Counted from the stretch's first letter, positions 24,245 through 34,421 are shown. The stretch: DNA of 47,454 nucleotides from a virus (IMGVR_UViG_3300033121_000823:83348-130801); one strand, 5' to 3'. Translations and numbers: made by a program. The notes: generated by a model not told the origin, from the letters alone.

Positions 24245-24688
24245 ATGCCTGCATTATCAAACTATGCCGAATCCGGCATTCTTAATATGTTATTTCGTTC
24301 AAACAGTAACAGTTTTGCCGCACCAACACGGCTAGCAATCGGCTTATGTAGTTCTGTACCTACAGAAACTTCAACCGGCGCTAACTGCTCTGAACTTCCA
24401 TTTGCAAATGGCTATGGTAGAAAAGACTTGGGTGCGCCGTCTAATGCCACTTGGACTGAAGTAGTTCAAGACCCATCTTCAAGCGGATATATTGAAAATG
24501 TCTCTGTCCTCCAGTTTGGTCCAGCTACCGCAGATTGGGGCTATGTAAGTGGTGTTGTAATTTGCGACAGCTTTGGAGTTGGCTCTGGAAACGTACTAAT
24601 GTACGGTGCCCTACCAACGCCTAGAGATATAAAGAATGGAGATATTTTCCAGTTTAGTGCTGGCGCAGTTGACATTTTCTTTTCTTAA
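24245..24688 (+). CDS. Virion structural protein (family often annotated as tail fibre protein)
   Basis: LSNYAE..IL..LFR...P...GL....P...E.P..NGY.R...GN.L.YG.L...R.I..GD...F pattern. Confidence 0.7.
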   Translation: MPALSNYAESGILNMLFRSNSNSFAAPTRLAIGLCSSVPTETSTGANCSELPFANGYGRKDLGAPSNATWTEVVQDPSSSGYIENVSVLQFGPATADWGYVSGVVICDSFGVGSGNVLMYGALPTPRDIKNGDIFQFSAGAVDIFFS

Positions 24689-24703
24689 TAGGAGAAAACA
24701 AAT

Positions 24704-25264
24704 ATGGCCCTAGTGACAGCAATCTCAAAGATAGATAAAACTGTACTTCACAATGCGGCCGAGCATAAATTATCCGCCGATTGGGTAATCAACCCTTCGG
24801 CGGAAATTCTTTCGTCGGACCCCGCCCTATGGATTTTTGAAGGAAACAGCGTGCGTCTAGCAACTCAAGAAGAACAAGATATGATATATTTTCCTCTATT
24901 AAAGGAAGAGAAACTTCGTGCTATTGATGTTTGGTGGAGACAGAAGGAAGAAACGGGTATTCGTGTTCAAACTGGTGATATAGATATTATGTTGGCTATT
25001 ACGCCAGACGATATTGCACTAATCAACGGTGTATATACGACAGCTAAGGAGACAGTTGCCCTTGGAATAAAAACATTATCCGATACCTTTCAACTTCATG
25101 ATATTGAAGGAAATATGCATCTATTTACTCTTACTCAGCTTACTTCCGTATTATTAATTTATTCTCAATCAAGAGCAGCTATTCATGCCGTAAGAAATAG
25201 TAAGAAGAAAGCAATTTCCATTGCTACAACAAAGGTGGAATTAGATTTAGTGGAGATACCATAA
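24704..25264 (+). CDS. DUF4376-like fibre assembly protein
   Basis: C-terminal KEEKLRAID......ETGI......TPDD..LI...helical block. Confidence 0.55.
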   Translation: MALVTAISKIDKTVLHNAAEHKLSADWVINPSAEILSSDPALWIFEGNSVRLATQEEQDMIYFPLLKEEKLRAIDVWWRQKEETGIRVQTGDIDIMLAITPDDIALINGVYTTAKETVALGIKTLSDTFQLHDIEGNMHLFTLTQLTSVLLIYSQSRAAIHAVRNSKKKAISIATTKVELDLVEIP

Positions 25265-25755
25265 TGGCAAGTGGAGATACTCTTTGTTTTTTTAATGCTA
25301 TAGATAATTATGCACCCGTTTCTGGTAATGCTACGTTTGACATTAGAAATGTACGCGTATGTTTAGATTTCGATTATGTAACAGAAGAGTCTGCGGTATT
25401 TAATGGGTATATGCCCAGTTACTATACTGGGAGTGGTATTAAAACTTCTATATATTTTGCTGCTACATCTGGAACTAGTGGTACAGTTGGATGGAAAATA
25501 TGTTTTGAAAGAATAGGCAATCAAATACAAGATATTGACAGTGATGGTTTTAATTCAATTACTACTTCTAGTTTAACTACTGTTTCTGGAGATGCTGGTA
25601 ATATATTTGTAAATAGTTCAGACATTCCACCTGGAACTGGTACTGACTATATTAGTGCTAATGAGTTATTTAGATTAAAAATTTCTAGAGACGTTGCTAA
25701 TGATACTTTAACTGACGACGCAGAATTATATGGTATAGAATTGCGAGAATTATAA
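25264..25755 (+). CDS. Virion structural protein (beta-sandwich likely)
   Basis: Coupled ORF in structural operon; LDFD...W....RD..NDT..DAEL pattern. Confidence 0.65.
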   Translation: MASGDTLCFFNAIDNYAPVSGNATFDIRNVRVCLDFDYVTEESAVFNGYMPSYYTGSGIKTSIYFAATSGTSGTVGWKICFERIGNQIQDIDSDGFNSITTSSLTTVSGDAGNIFVNSSDIPPGTGTDYISANELFRLKISRDVANDTLTDDAELYGIELREL

Positions 25756-27944
25756 TGAGTTTTAGAATTCAGAATGGTTCATCTGTTAATATAAATATAA
25801 ATTTTACTGCTAATCAAAGTAGTTCATATGAAAATGCATTTACTATAGGATACTGGTATAGAAAAAATACAACGTATACTAATAAAGTAATAGGCGTAAG
25901 TAATACTGCTAATAATCATTATATCATACATGGTCTAAACTTTTTAGGTAGATTTATACATTATTTTAGTCATACTGGTGGTGTAGAAAATCAAACTTAT
26001 ACTATAGTACCTACTAGTGGTGTCTGGTATTATGTTATGTCATATGTATCTTTTGACGGCATGAATACTACAATACGAGGAACTATATTTAATAATACAA
26101 TTTTACAACTAACTAGTAGTTCAAGAAATTTTTACCCTTTTGATAAGTTAAATATTGGCGGAGGCGGTGCATCAGGTCAGTATGCTTCTTTATCTGATGT
26201 AACATTATGGAATAAAAAGTTGGAAATGAGTGACTATACACAATTATCAAAAGGTATACATTCACTTAAAATATGTCCTAATAATATTACGCACTATTTT
26301 CCATTAAAAAATATTTTTGAATTTAATGATAATCTTTTTGAAAAAAATAGTTTTACATATTCAGGTTCTAATTATTATTATGAAAAAAATGATAATCCTA
26401 AATTATATTATCCTAATTCATATAAAAATTATATTGGGCAAACGTATACAGAACAGCCTCCATCACAAAATATTCAATATGGAACATCAACTTTCTATTT
26501 AAATGGCTCAATATATACTCCATCATCACTTAATATGAATGGAGCTTCTAGCTTTTATAATTCAGCTAAAGTAGACACAACATACCAAAGAATAATTCAA
26601 CCACAAATACTCTTTCTACAAGATTCTATTATTCAGTCATCTTCTTCAAAAGTGATTGGAGGAATAGTAATATTTGATAGTGATAATGCTATCCAACTAA
26701 ATTCTAATAGAATTATACAGCCTACAAGTAATGTTTCTAGTAACATGAATAGCTCTGCAACAGGTTCATTAATCGCGAATAGTATGATTAATCTTCCTTC
26801 AAACTCACTGAATAGCAGTGTCCCGCACTGCATAATGAGTCCGCACATTACATTAAATAGTGAAAATAATCTATCTCCAGTAAGTTCCCTATTAATAAAT
26901 GAAACGTCAAATTTATCTGTTTCAACAAAAATAACTCCACAATCACAAAAAATAATACAATCAGTTTCTAACTTTTTAGCATCGTTAGATACGACAGCAT
27001 TACCATCAACGACTATCTCATCAACTCTTAACTTCATACAAGAAAACAACTTAACAATAATTCCATCCATAGTATTTAATTCGCAGTTTACCGGAAGTGC
27101 TAATAGTGCATTAGGAACCACTACTCAAAGGTTACTAAATAACTCAATTTCTATTAGTGGAAATAATATATTTTCGACACTTTCTTCACTTATAATTAGT
27201 GGATTATTTGGACCTAACGCTGATTCTATACTTGACTCCTCATTAATCCAAGTAGATACGGGTGAAACCCTGTACGGCGAAGCCGTATTCCAAACCTTAA
27301 CACGGTTAGGATTATCTCCATCATTATTAGTGAATGGAATGGGACAGTTAGCATCAAATAGCATATCCAACATAGATTCCGTTCGTATAATCTTGCCAAC
27401 TGTGGAATTAAGTGCAGACACAAATACTTCAACAGTTTGTTCCTCAATCATAAGTGGAATTACACAATTGGAAGTCTTTTCTAATTTGGATGTTTTGTCT
27501 CAACGTGTGATTAGTGGAAGCTTCAATACTTCATCAGATTCAATACTACTTGGAAATTCAAACCGTATAGTTAGTGCAGATTTAGAATATAAATTAGTAT
27601 CGGACTTTCTAACATTATCAACAAGGATACAAGGAGGAACATTAGTCTTATCTAATAAAGCTTCAGTAGATAGTGATGGATTTAGAATCGTAAACGGAGT
27701 ATTAGTATATGAAGCTGATTCTAGTTTGCTATCTTTTAGTACGAATGTATTAGATTCTTCAGTAAAAGTCCTAGTAAATTCCAATCTATCTTCTTCATTT
27801 ATAAAACTGACAATAGTTCCGATTACTTTAAAAATAGCAAAAAACATAGAAATAGACCTTCCAATTGTAAAAACGTACGAAACTTCCTTAAAAGTTAATA
27901 GAGAAAAAGAAATACAGTTAAAGATACGTAAGGAATACACATAA
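25755..27944 (+). CDS. Fibre-like protein: LamG/ConA-like N-domain plus 20-aa repeat shaft
   Basis: FTIGYW...WYYVM...LNIGG...LSDVTLWNKKL...LS.G (LamG-like); Ser/Asn/Ile-rich 20-residue period from residue 279. Confidence 0.7.
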   Translation: MSFRIQNGSSVNININFTANQSSSYENAFTIGYWYRKNTTYTNKVIGVSNTANNHYIIHGLNFLGRFIHYFSHTGGVENQTYTIVPTSGVWYYVMSYVSFDGMNTTIRGTIFNNTILQLTSSSRNFYPFDKLNIGGGGASGQYASLSDVTLWNKKLEMSDYTQLSKGIHSLKICPNNITHYFPLKNIFEFNDNLFEKNSFTYSGSNYYYEKNDNPKLYYPNSYKNYIGQTYTEQPPSQNIQYGTSTFYLNGSIYTPSSLNMNGASSFYNSAKVDTTYQRIIQPQILFLQDSIIQSSSSKVIGGIVIFDSDNAIQLNSNRIIQPTSNVSSNMNSSATGSLIANSMINLPSNSLNSSVPHCIMSPHITLNSENNLSPVSSLLINETSNLSVSTKITPQSQKIIQSVSNFLASLDTTALPSTTISSTLNFIQENNLTIIPSIVFNSQFTGSANSALGTTTQRLLNNSISISGNNIFSTLSSLIISGLFGPNADSILDSSLIQVDTGETLYGEAVFQTLTRLGLSPSLLVNGMGQLASNSISNIDSVRIILPTVELSADTNTSTVCSSIISGITQLEVFSNLDVLSQRVISGSFNTSSDSILLGNSNRIVSADLEYKLVSDFLTLSTRIQGGTLVLSNKASVDSDGFRIVNGVLVYEADSSLLSFSTNVLDSSVKVLVNSNLSSSFIKLTIVPITLKIAKNIEIDLPIVKTYETSLKVNREKEIQLKIRKEYT

Positions 27945-27945
27945 C

Positions 27946-28260
27946 ATGAGTGACGAATATGAAATACATGTAGATAATGTCGGCACAACATTTAAGTGTA
28001 CGATTTTAAACGGCGAAGGCATAGAAAATGTTAGCGGGTCAACTACAAAAAATATAATATTTACGCGGCCAGACGGAACTAAACTAACTAAGTCCGCTTC
28101 CTTTTATACAGACGGAACTGACGGCATAATAACATATACGGTAGTTGCTGGCGATTTATCAGTGGCGGGTCTATGGCGGGTGCAAGGGTATGTAGAATAT
28201 TCGGCATCTGAACAATACTATTCCAACATTAAAACTTTTATAGTATATGGGAATCTATAA
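27946..28260 (+). CDS. BppU-like (baseplate upper protein N-domain) protein
   Basis: VGTTF..TI......I.F.RPDG....A....GTDG.I.Y....GDL..AG.W..QG.V...F.V..NL. Confidence 0.75.
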   Translation: MSDEYEIHVDNVGTTFKCTILNGEGIENVSGSTTKNIIFTRPDGTKLTKSASFYTDGTDGIITYTVVAGDLSVAGLWRVQGYVEYSASEQYYSNIKTFIVYGNL

Positions 28261-28754
28261 TGGCATGGCAAAATGAAATAACAAATATAGTTCGCAACTT
28301 AATAAACGACCCAGACGGCGATACTTACGCAGATTCTAGGGTCGAGCAAGTTATTCTTGTGGCCGCCCAACTATTATTGAATAAGGTAGATTTTTCAAAT
28401 ACGTATACGATAGATGTAGACCTTCTATCATTAAGTCCAGACCCAACAACGGTTAGTCCAAAGGATAATGATTTTATCAATTTAGTTAGTATACAGGCGG
28501 CCGTAATCTTCTTAAAGGGCGAAGCAAAGACGCTTGGTGCAATGTCCTATAAAGTTACAGACGGCCCATCAAGCATAGACGTAAGTGCAGCTTATAAGGC
28601 TGTTCAAGAACAAGCTAAGGAAATGCAAGACTTACTAGATTGGGCAATCTTAGAATTTGGAACGGGAAATAGTGGAGGTCAGGCTATTCTAACTCCATAT
28701 ACAGTAGTTACTCAACAATCAAGATTTTATAATCTTTTTTACCCAAGGGGATAA
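28260..28754 (+). CDS. Putative head-tail adaptor
   Basis: 164 aa, MAW..E....VR.LIND...YAD.R pattern; position. Confidence 0.6.
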   Translation: MAWQNEITNIVRNLINDPDGDTYADSRVEQVILVAAQLLLNKVDFSNTYTIDVDLLSLSPDPTTVSPKDNDFINLVSIQAAVIFLKGEAKTLGAMSYKVTDGPSSIDVSAAYKAVQEQAKEMQDLLDWAILEFGTGNSGGQAILTPYTVVTQQSRFYNLFYPRG

Positions 28755-28757
28755 AGT

Positions 28758-28943
28758 ATGGCAACAATACATATTATAGATAGTAATAAACAAAATATTG
28801 AAGGTAGTGCAGTTATAAATAATAATGGATTAAAAATATTTACGGGAACTTATAAAATAGACCCAAAAATTAATAAACCATTACTTCGAGTTAGTGGTGT
28901 TCTAGAAGAAAGATTTGACGACCCAACATACTATGGCAATTAA
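28758..28943 (+). CDS. Hypothetical protein (61 aa)
   Basis: GGGG SD; overlaps next gene. Confidence 0.5.
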   Translation: MATIHIIDSNKQNIEGSAVINNNGLKIFTGTYKIDPKINKPLLRVSGVLEERFDDPTYYGN

Positions 28944-29451
28944 CATTCCTCAGTCCTTATGGGACAAATACTATGAAGCAGCAGACCTTTTTATAAACGA
29001 CAATCATATTGGCCGTTTATGCAAGGTTGTATATCCGCCCAAACAAGTAGAATGTACAAATTGTGTTATATCTTTAAGTGGTAGTTCTACATCCAACACG
29101 TATAAGCATGGCGGGCCAGCCCCATTCAATATTGGAAGTTGCCCGTTGTGTGGCGGAAATGGTTACACTCAACAAGAATATACAGATACGCTTCGCCTAC
29201 GTATTTATTGGACTAAGAAAGATATGGCTAGAATCGCCGCCTTCAACAAGGCCGGTGGTGCCTCTATACCTGATGGTGTAGTTCTAGTTATTGGTTTTAT
29301 GTCAGACATCCAAAAGATAAGACAGGCCGCAGAAATACTTCTTGTTAGTGAGAATACGGTTGAAGAATATCGTTTTAAGTTAGAGTCTGAGCCATATCCG
29401 CACGGTTTTGGAAAAAATCGTTACTTCGCCGCCTATTTAAAGAGGACATAA
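28933..29451 (+). CDS. Putative head closure/neck protein with Cys pairs
   Basis: CTNC and CPLCGGNG; start placed at MAINIP; positional. Confidence 0.6.
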   Translation: MAINIPQSLWDKYYEAADLFINDNHIGRLCKVVYPPKQVECTNCVISLSGSSTSNTYKHGGPAPFNIGSCPLCGGNGYTQQEYTDTLRLRIYWTKKDMARIAAFNKAGGASIPDGVVLVIGFMSDIQKIRQAAEILLVSENTVEEYRFKLESEPYPHGFGKNRYFAAYLKRT

Positions 29452-29453
29452 TA

Positions 29454-30095
29454 ATGGGATTTAAGATATTAGAATCAGACGCCCAAATTAAAAAAATGGT
29501 AATGGCCGCCCTAGAACATGATTTGAATACACATGTTTTGGCGGCCGCAAGAGCTGCTAAGCCGCGTATAAAAGACATGGTCGCGAATGTGTTTCGGAAG
29601 TCTGATACATATCTTTCACTATTAAATGGTGATTTATCTGGAGAAATGGGTTTCTATAAGGGAACGTCTAAAGACAGAGTAGAAGCAATTCTATTTAAGA
29701 TTGCAGACCTAACAAGTATAAAGTTTTATCCTATAAAGTTACAAAGAGATACTTTTAATGGTGGTATTCAAATAGGAATACTTAAGGAAGATTTTTCCGA
29801 CCTTCTAAATATGACTGAAGCTATTATTGACGTTGGAAGATATACACTTCCATGGTTAGAATGGTTACTAAAAAGAGGCGATGAATATATTTTTGGTGAG
29901 TACGCTATAATATTTAAAAATGCTGGACGTAGCGGTATGGCTATTATGACAAAAACAGAAAAAGTTACACCCTGGAGAGTGGATAGTGAACACTCTGGAA
30001 CACAAACTAATAACTGGCTGACTAGGGCGGTTGATGCTCACTTCGAGTTTATAAAGGAAAGTCTAATAACTATTCTTGAAGAGGAACTAAACTAA
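29454..30095 (+). CDS. Putative neck/tail completion protein
   Basis: Position; LPWLEWLL..G and W.V..E.SGT..NNW..RA blocks. Confidence 0.55.
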   Translation: MGFKILESDAQIKKMVMAALEHDLNTHVLAAARAAKPRIKDMVANVFRKSDTYLSLLNGDLSGEMGFYKGTSKDRVEAILFKIADLTSIKFYPIKLQRDTFNGGIQIGILKEDFSDLLNMTEAIIDVGRYTLPWLEWLLKRGDEYIFGEYAIIFKNAGRSGMAIMTKTEKVTPWRVDSEHSGTQTNNWLTRAVDAHFEFIKESLITILEEELN

Positions 30096-31054
30096 TGGCT
30101 ATTACAAGCTTTAATGGAGTGGGCGAAATATCAGACCCATCAATAAATGAAATTATTAAAGATAATCTTATCTCATATCTTGATTGGGGTTTTCTTGAGG
30201 CTGGTGGCTTTGGTAATGTTAATATACCTAGCTCTGGCACTAACTATATTGAAAAGTTAAGACGAGTAGACGACCCAAGATATACAAATGGAACTGTTTG
30301 GGAAGCACAAAGAAAGAATTGGGTTTGGGAAACCAACCTAGAGCGAAGTACACAGCCAATAGAAATATCTGGAATCTATGTTAATAATACTTTTTGGCCA
30401 AAGAATAGTGGCTATTATATGGATTATCCTAATGGCCGTGTAGTATTTAACTCGCCCATGCCAGCAGCCTCAAGTGTTCGCCTAAATTATTCTTATAAGT
30501 GGGTATCCATTTTGGATGGTGATGCTCAAGAAGATGTTGCACAGATACAGTATAGGTCTTTCAAATATGATACAAATATTCCGGTCAACTCAGGTAACTG
30601 GCAAAGATTGGCTGATACAAGGGTGCAACTCCCAGCCGTATTAGTACACATCCCAACCAAGAAAACATATCAAGGTTATCAGTTAGGTGGCGGCCAATAT
30701 GTTCGTATGGAAGTTCTCTTAGATGTAATAGGAGAAGACAAGGTATCAGCTACTAGAATCGCGAACGCTATATCTCAACAAAATGACTCAACAATCTATG
30801 TGTATGATACAGAGCGAGTTGCAGATGATGATAATTATCCGCTGGATTATAGAGGTTCGCCGAAAGATTCTGCTATGACATACCCAGAACTTATAGCTTA
30901 CACTGGAGATGGTGGATATAGATATATCGACAAAATCATGAATAGTAAAATGACATTTATTAGAACTGAAGAACAGGGAGTCCAAAAATTAAATAATAAT
31001 ATTTGGCACTGTCCAGTTACTATGACAATCGAATTAGTGTTAAATCAGATATAA
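30095..31054 (+). CDS. Putative tail terminator/completion protein
   Basis: Directly before tail tube gene; LPAVLV..P......QLGGG. Confidence 0.55.
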   Translation: MAITSFNGVGEISDPSINEIIKDNLISYLDWGFLEAGGFGNVNIPSSGTNYIEKLRRVDDPRYTNGTVWEAQRKNWVWETNLERSTQPIEISGIYVNNTFWPKNSGYYMDYPNGRVVFNSPMPAASSVRLNYSYKWVSILDGDAQEDVAQIQYRSFKYDTNIPVNSGNWQRLADTRVQLPAVLVHIPTKKTYQGYQLGGGQYVRMEVLLDVIGEDKVSATRIANAISQQNDSTIYVYDTERVADDDNYPLDYRGSPKDSAMTYPELIAYTGDGGYRYIDKIMNSKMTFIRTEEQGVQKLNNNIWHCPVTMTIELVLNQI

Positions 31055-31055
31055 T

Positions 31056-31078
31056 GGTGTATATATTATTGGATACAC
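31056..31078 (+). promoter_or_regulatory. Late motif with inverted repeat GTGTAT-N10-ATACAC
   Basis: GGTGTATA-TATTAT-TGGATACAC before AGGAG SD of the tail tube gene. Confidence 0.65.
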
Positions 31079-31100
31079 TTAAAAATAGGAGATAATCTTA

Positions 31101-32144
31101 ATGGCAAATAATAGAATTTTCTGGGCTATACAAGGGTTTGGACTTGCAAAGCAGTCTACAACCAGCTTTACAGCCGTACACGGTTTACAAAGTCTAGGTA
31201 TTACAACTACGTTTAATCTTGAAGAAGCATTTGAACTTGGCCAGTTGTCTATCTACGAAAACATTGAAAACATTCCAGACGTTGAAGTTACTGTTGAAAA
31301 GGCAATCGACGGTTATCCACTTCTTTACCATCTTGCTACTAGAGGCTATGCAGCTAATACGTTGACAGGTCGTGGCAATCAGCAATGTAACGTAGTATTA
31401 AATATTTATGGTGATACACAAAGTGCTGCTTCTGGTACGCCAATCAATGAAGTTTACATGAGCGGTATGTATATTTCATCCGTATCTTACACAATGCCTG
31501 TTGATGGATTTTTCACTGAATCCGTTACATTCGTTGGTAGTAATAAGGAATGGAGGCAGTCGAACTATCTACTAACTGGCACTCTATTCGATGGCGATGA
31601 TGCTCCGCTAAATGCTGCTTCTGGATATGGTGGTATTCAACGTAGACAGCACTTCAAGTGGGATGTAACGAGCGTATCAAATCCAGACGGCACATTACTT
31701 CCTGGTGGAGTTGGTGGAATCGCCGGTATTAGTTCTAGCGGAACAAACGATAAGACTGGTAATCAGTTGGCCGTTCACGCAACTAACGTAACTATTGCCG
31801 CTGACTTTGGTCGCGAGCCAATGAATGAACTAGGTAGAAAGGGTCCATACTATCGTTTCATGAACTTCCCAATCGAAGTAACATGCGATGTTGAAGTATA
31901 TTGCTTAAGTGGCGATAATGTTAGTGCGACAGAAGCCGGTGTTAATTCCGATGGAACTAACTTATCAAATAAGACAATTTACATTAAACTAAGTGATGGA
32001 ACGGCGTTCAACTTAGGAAATAAGAATAAGTTAGCTTCGGTTGATTATGGTGGTGCTGACGCGGGCGGTGGTAACGCTACTTGCACATACAGATTCCGTA
32101 ACTTCAACGACCTAATTATCACTCATCCACAAGACCCAGGTTAA
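31101..32144 (+). CDS. Major tail (tube) protein
   Basis: 347 aa, strong SD, own terminator; GLQS.G.TT.FNLE..FELGQL..YEN.E..PDVEVT.EK..DG. Confidence 0.75.
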   Translation: MANNRIFWAIQGFGLAKQSTTSFTAVHGLQSLGITTTFNLEEAFELGQLSIYENIENIPDVEVTVEKAIDGYPLLYHLATRGYAANTLTGRGNQQCNVVLNIYGDTQSAASGTPINEVYMSGMYISSVSYTMPVDGFFTESVTFVGSNKEWRQSNYLLTGTLFDGDDAPLNAASGYGGIQRRQHFKWDVTSVSNPDGTLLPGGVGGIAGISSSGTNDKTGNQLAVHATNVTIAADFGREPMNELGRKGPYYRFMNFPIEVTCDVEVYCLSGDNVSATEAGVNSDGTNLSNKTIYIKLSDGTAFNLGNKNKLASVDYGGADAGGGNATCTYRFRNFNDLIITHPQDPG

Positions 32145-32165
32145 TCTGGCGAGTGTTTTTAATAT

Positions 32166-32193
32166 AAAAGGGGAATAATCTTCCCCTTTTTTT
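32166..32193 (+). terminator. Intrinsic terminator (possibly bidirectional)
   Basis: AAAAGGGGAA-TAATC-TTCCCCTTTT-TTT. Confidence 0.8.
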
Positions 32194-32208
32194 ATTGGAG
32201 GATTTAAG

Positions 32209-33198
32209 ATGGAACAGTATGAGAAGGAATTACATATAAATAGAATAAGGTCTGGCTATACTATTATTGGCGATATAAGAATATTACCGCCGACACCACG
32301 CGTAGAGTACGAGGCATCCATTATTAATAGGGAAATAATGTTAGATGAATCGTTGATGGGCGAAACTGAGATGCTGCAATACCTCATTGAGGAAGGTATG
32401 TGGACAACAAAAGACCAGGAAGAAATAGGAATAACTGAAAAACATATAGAATATTGGAAGGGCGAACTATTCACAAACTTCTTTTATGAAGGCAAGCGTG
32501 AGACTATGCGCGGCTATTTGCGGGCGGCCGAACAACATCTTTTTTCCCTATTAAATAAGCGAAGCGTAATAGAATCATATTGTAAGATGGGAATTGCAAA
32601 TTACAGTAAAAACATATATATATTTATGAATTCAGCCTTCTATGAGGATGGAACTAAGGTTGATTGGAGTATACATGACGTGACGGCAGTGATGAATAAG
32701 TATTATAATGCTACACTTCAGCCAAAACAGCTAAGAGAATTAGCCAAAAGTCCAATATGGTCCTCATTATGGAGTATTTATAGTAAGAGTGGAAAACAAA
32801 TGTTTGAAAATATTCATCTTACGGCAGAACAGCAACAGTTAATTCAGTGGACTTCTGTCTATGAAAATGTCTATAGCTCTCAGGATTGCCCATCTGACGA
32901 AGTCATAAATGATGACGATGCGATAGATGGATGGTTTATAGCTCAAGGAAAGAAGCGTAAACAGTATCAGAATGAAACTATGATACGCGAATCTAATTCA
33001 AACTTTGGAAAACATGCTGAAAATTATATAATGGCTGAAAATAAAGAACAAGCCGAAAAAATAATGTCCATGAACAGTCCTCAGGCTATGGCTGTTATGA
33101 AATCAAGATTAAAGCAGGTTGAAAAAATGGGAACTATTAAGGAACAGGACTTAATGGATGTTAAACAAAGCATAATGATGGCTCATAACAGGAGATAA
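32209..33198 (+). CDS. Hypothetical, possible tail assembly chaperone
   Basis: Between tail tube and tape measure; P..EVI.DDDA.DGW block. Confidence 0.6.
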   Translation: MEQYEKELHINRIRSGYTIIGDIRILPPTPRVEYEASIINREIMLDESLMGETEMLQYLIEEGMWTTKDQEEIGITEKHIEYWKGELFTNFFYEGKRETMRGYLRAAEQHLFSLLNKRSVIESYCKMGIANYSKNIYIFMNSAFYEDGTKVDWSIHDVTAVMNKYYNATLQPKQLRELAKSPIWSSLWSIYSKSGKQMFENIHLTAEQQQLIQWTSVYENVYSSQDCPSDEVINDDDAIDGWFIAQGKKRKQYQNETMIRESNSNFGKHAENYIMAENKEQAEKIMSMNSPQAMAVMKSRLKQVEKMGTIKEQDLMDVKQSIMMAHNRR

Positions 33199-33199
33199 T

Positions 33200-33544
33200 A
33201 TGGAAGACAAACTTACTATCCTATTTAAGAATAGGAAGGAACGGGAAAAGAAACTAGATGAAGATTTTAAGAAGTCTTCAAAGCAAAAGCTTCAAAAGGC
33301 TTGCTCTACAAAAATTCGTACAACAATGATTGGTGCTTTGGATATTATAGAAAAGCACTTAAGTAAGCATTGGGAAGAAGATTCTGAAGGTGCCGAAGAA
33401 CTTCAAAATGTATATGAAGAAATTCGTCAAGAAATACTGGATAAAGGTAATACTCAGATTCGTAATTTAGAGAAAGAATTCGAACAGTATGAGATTACTT
33501 GGTTAAGATATAGTATGCAACTACCTATAAGACATGGAGATTAA
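33200..33544 (+). CDS. Hypothetical helical protein
   Basis: Coupled ORF in tail region. Confidence 0.65.
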   Translation: MEDKLTILFKNRKEREKKLDEDFKKSSKQKLQKACSTKIRTTMIGALDIIEKHLSKHWEEDSEGAEELQNVYEEIRQEILDKGNTQIRNLEKEFEQYEITWLRYSMQLPIRHGD

Positions 33545-33547
33545 GGA

Positions 33548-34348
33548 ATGATTAGAAATAAGATTGAAGTTAAGTCGACTGATAATGATGGTAAGGAAGT
33601 TACAGTTTACGTTATTAGGCCAAACTCGCGAGAACTAACTGATGCTCAAATTGTTGCTGGTGGTGTTCTAAAGAATGCTCTAGACAATAAGGCATTACTA
33701 CGCTCTCAACTTCGTGAATACATGGTCCAAAATGGAATGTGGGACGAGAAGAAGGAAGAAAGACTAGAAAAGATAGATGCTGAAATAGTCGACGCTCTTA
33801 CAAAGATAAAGAAGGGTGGTATGAAGCTTAATGAAGGCAAGGAATTAGCTCTAAAAATTAAGGCTAATAGAATTGTTAAGCTTATGTTGGAGGCATCGCG
33901 CAGACAACTAGATGAATATACGGCGGAATCTCAGGCAGAGAATGCCCGTTTTGATTACTTAGTAAGCGTATGTACAAAGAATGAAAAGGGCGAAAGGGTA
34001 TTCGAGTCGTTGGAAGATTATAACGCTCGTGCTGACGAACCTTTTGCTAAGGATGCTGCATCTAAACTGGCATCAATAGTTCATGGATATGACCCAGATT
34101 GGGAAAAGAAACTACCAGAGAATCAATTCCTACTAAAATATAAACTTGTTGATGATAATCTACGTCTAGTAAACAAAGATGGACATTTTGTAACTAGTGA
34201 TGGAAAAGTAATAGATGAGAATTATAATTATGTAGATGGAAATGGTAATATAGTTGATGAGAATGGTGTATTATTAGATAGTGACGGACTACCAAAAGTC
34301 GACTCTGAACCATTCTTAGATGATGATGGAAATCCAATCACTGTATAA
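33548..34348 (+). CDS. Hypothetical, possible tail chaperone, with C-terminal D/N-G repeats
   Basis: Position before tape measure; 7-aa repeats at C-terminus. Confidence 0.65.
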   Translation: MIRNKIEVKSTDNDGKEVTVYVIRPNSRELTDAQIVAGGVLKNALDNKALLRSQLREYMVQNGMWDEKKEERLEKIDAEIVDALTKIKKGGMKLNEGKELALKIKANRIVKLMLEASRRQLDEYTAESQAENARFDYLVSVCTKNEKGERVFESLEDYNARADEPFAKDAASKLASIVHGYDPDWEKKLPENQFLLKYKLVDDNLRLVNKDGHFVTSDGKVIDENYNYVDGNGNIVDENGVLLDSDGLPKVDSEPFLDDDGNPITV

Positions 34349-34369
34349 TACCAAAAAAAGGAAAGATAT

Positions 34370-34405
34370 AGGGTATATTGGTTTTCGCCGATATACCCTT
34401 TTTTT
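34370..34405 (+). terminator. Intrinsic terminator
   Basis: AGGGTATATTGG-TTTTCG-CCGATATACCCT-TTTTTT. Confidence 0.8.
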
Positions 34406-34421
34406 ATTTAGGGGCAAATAA

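Noticed and set aside
32209-34348. Programmed -1 frameshift between tail chaperone genes
   Set aside because: No in-frame X XXY YYZ slippery site found by eye near the ORF ends; scan was not exhaustive.
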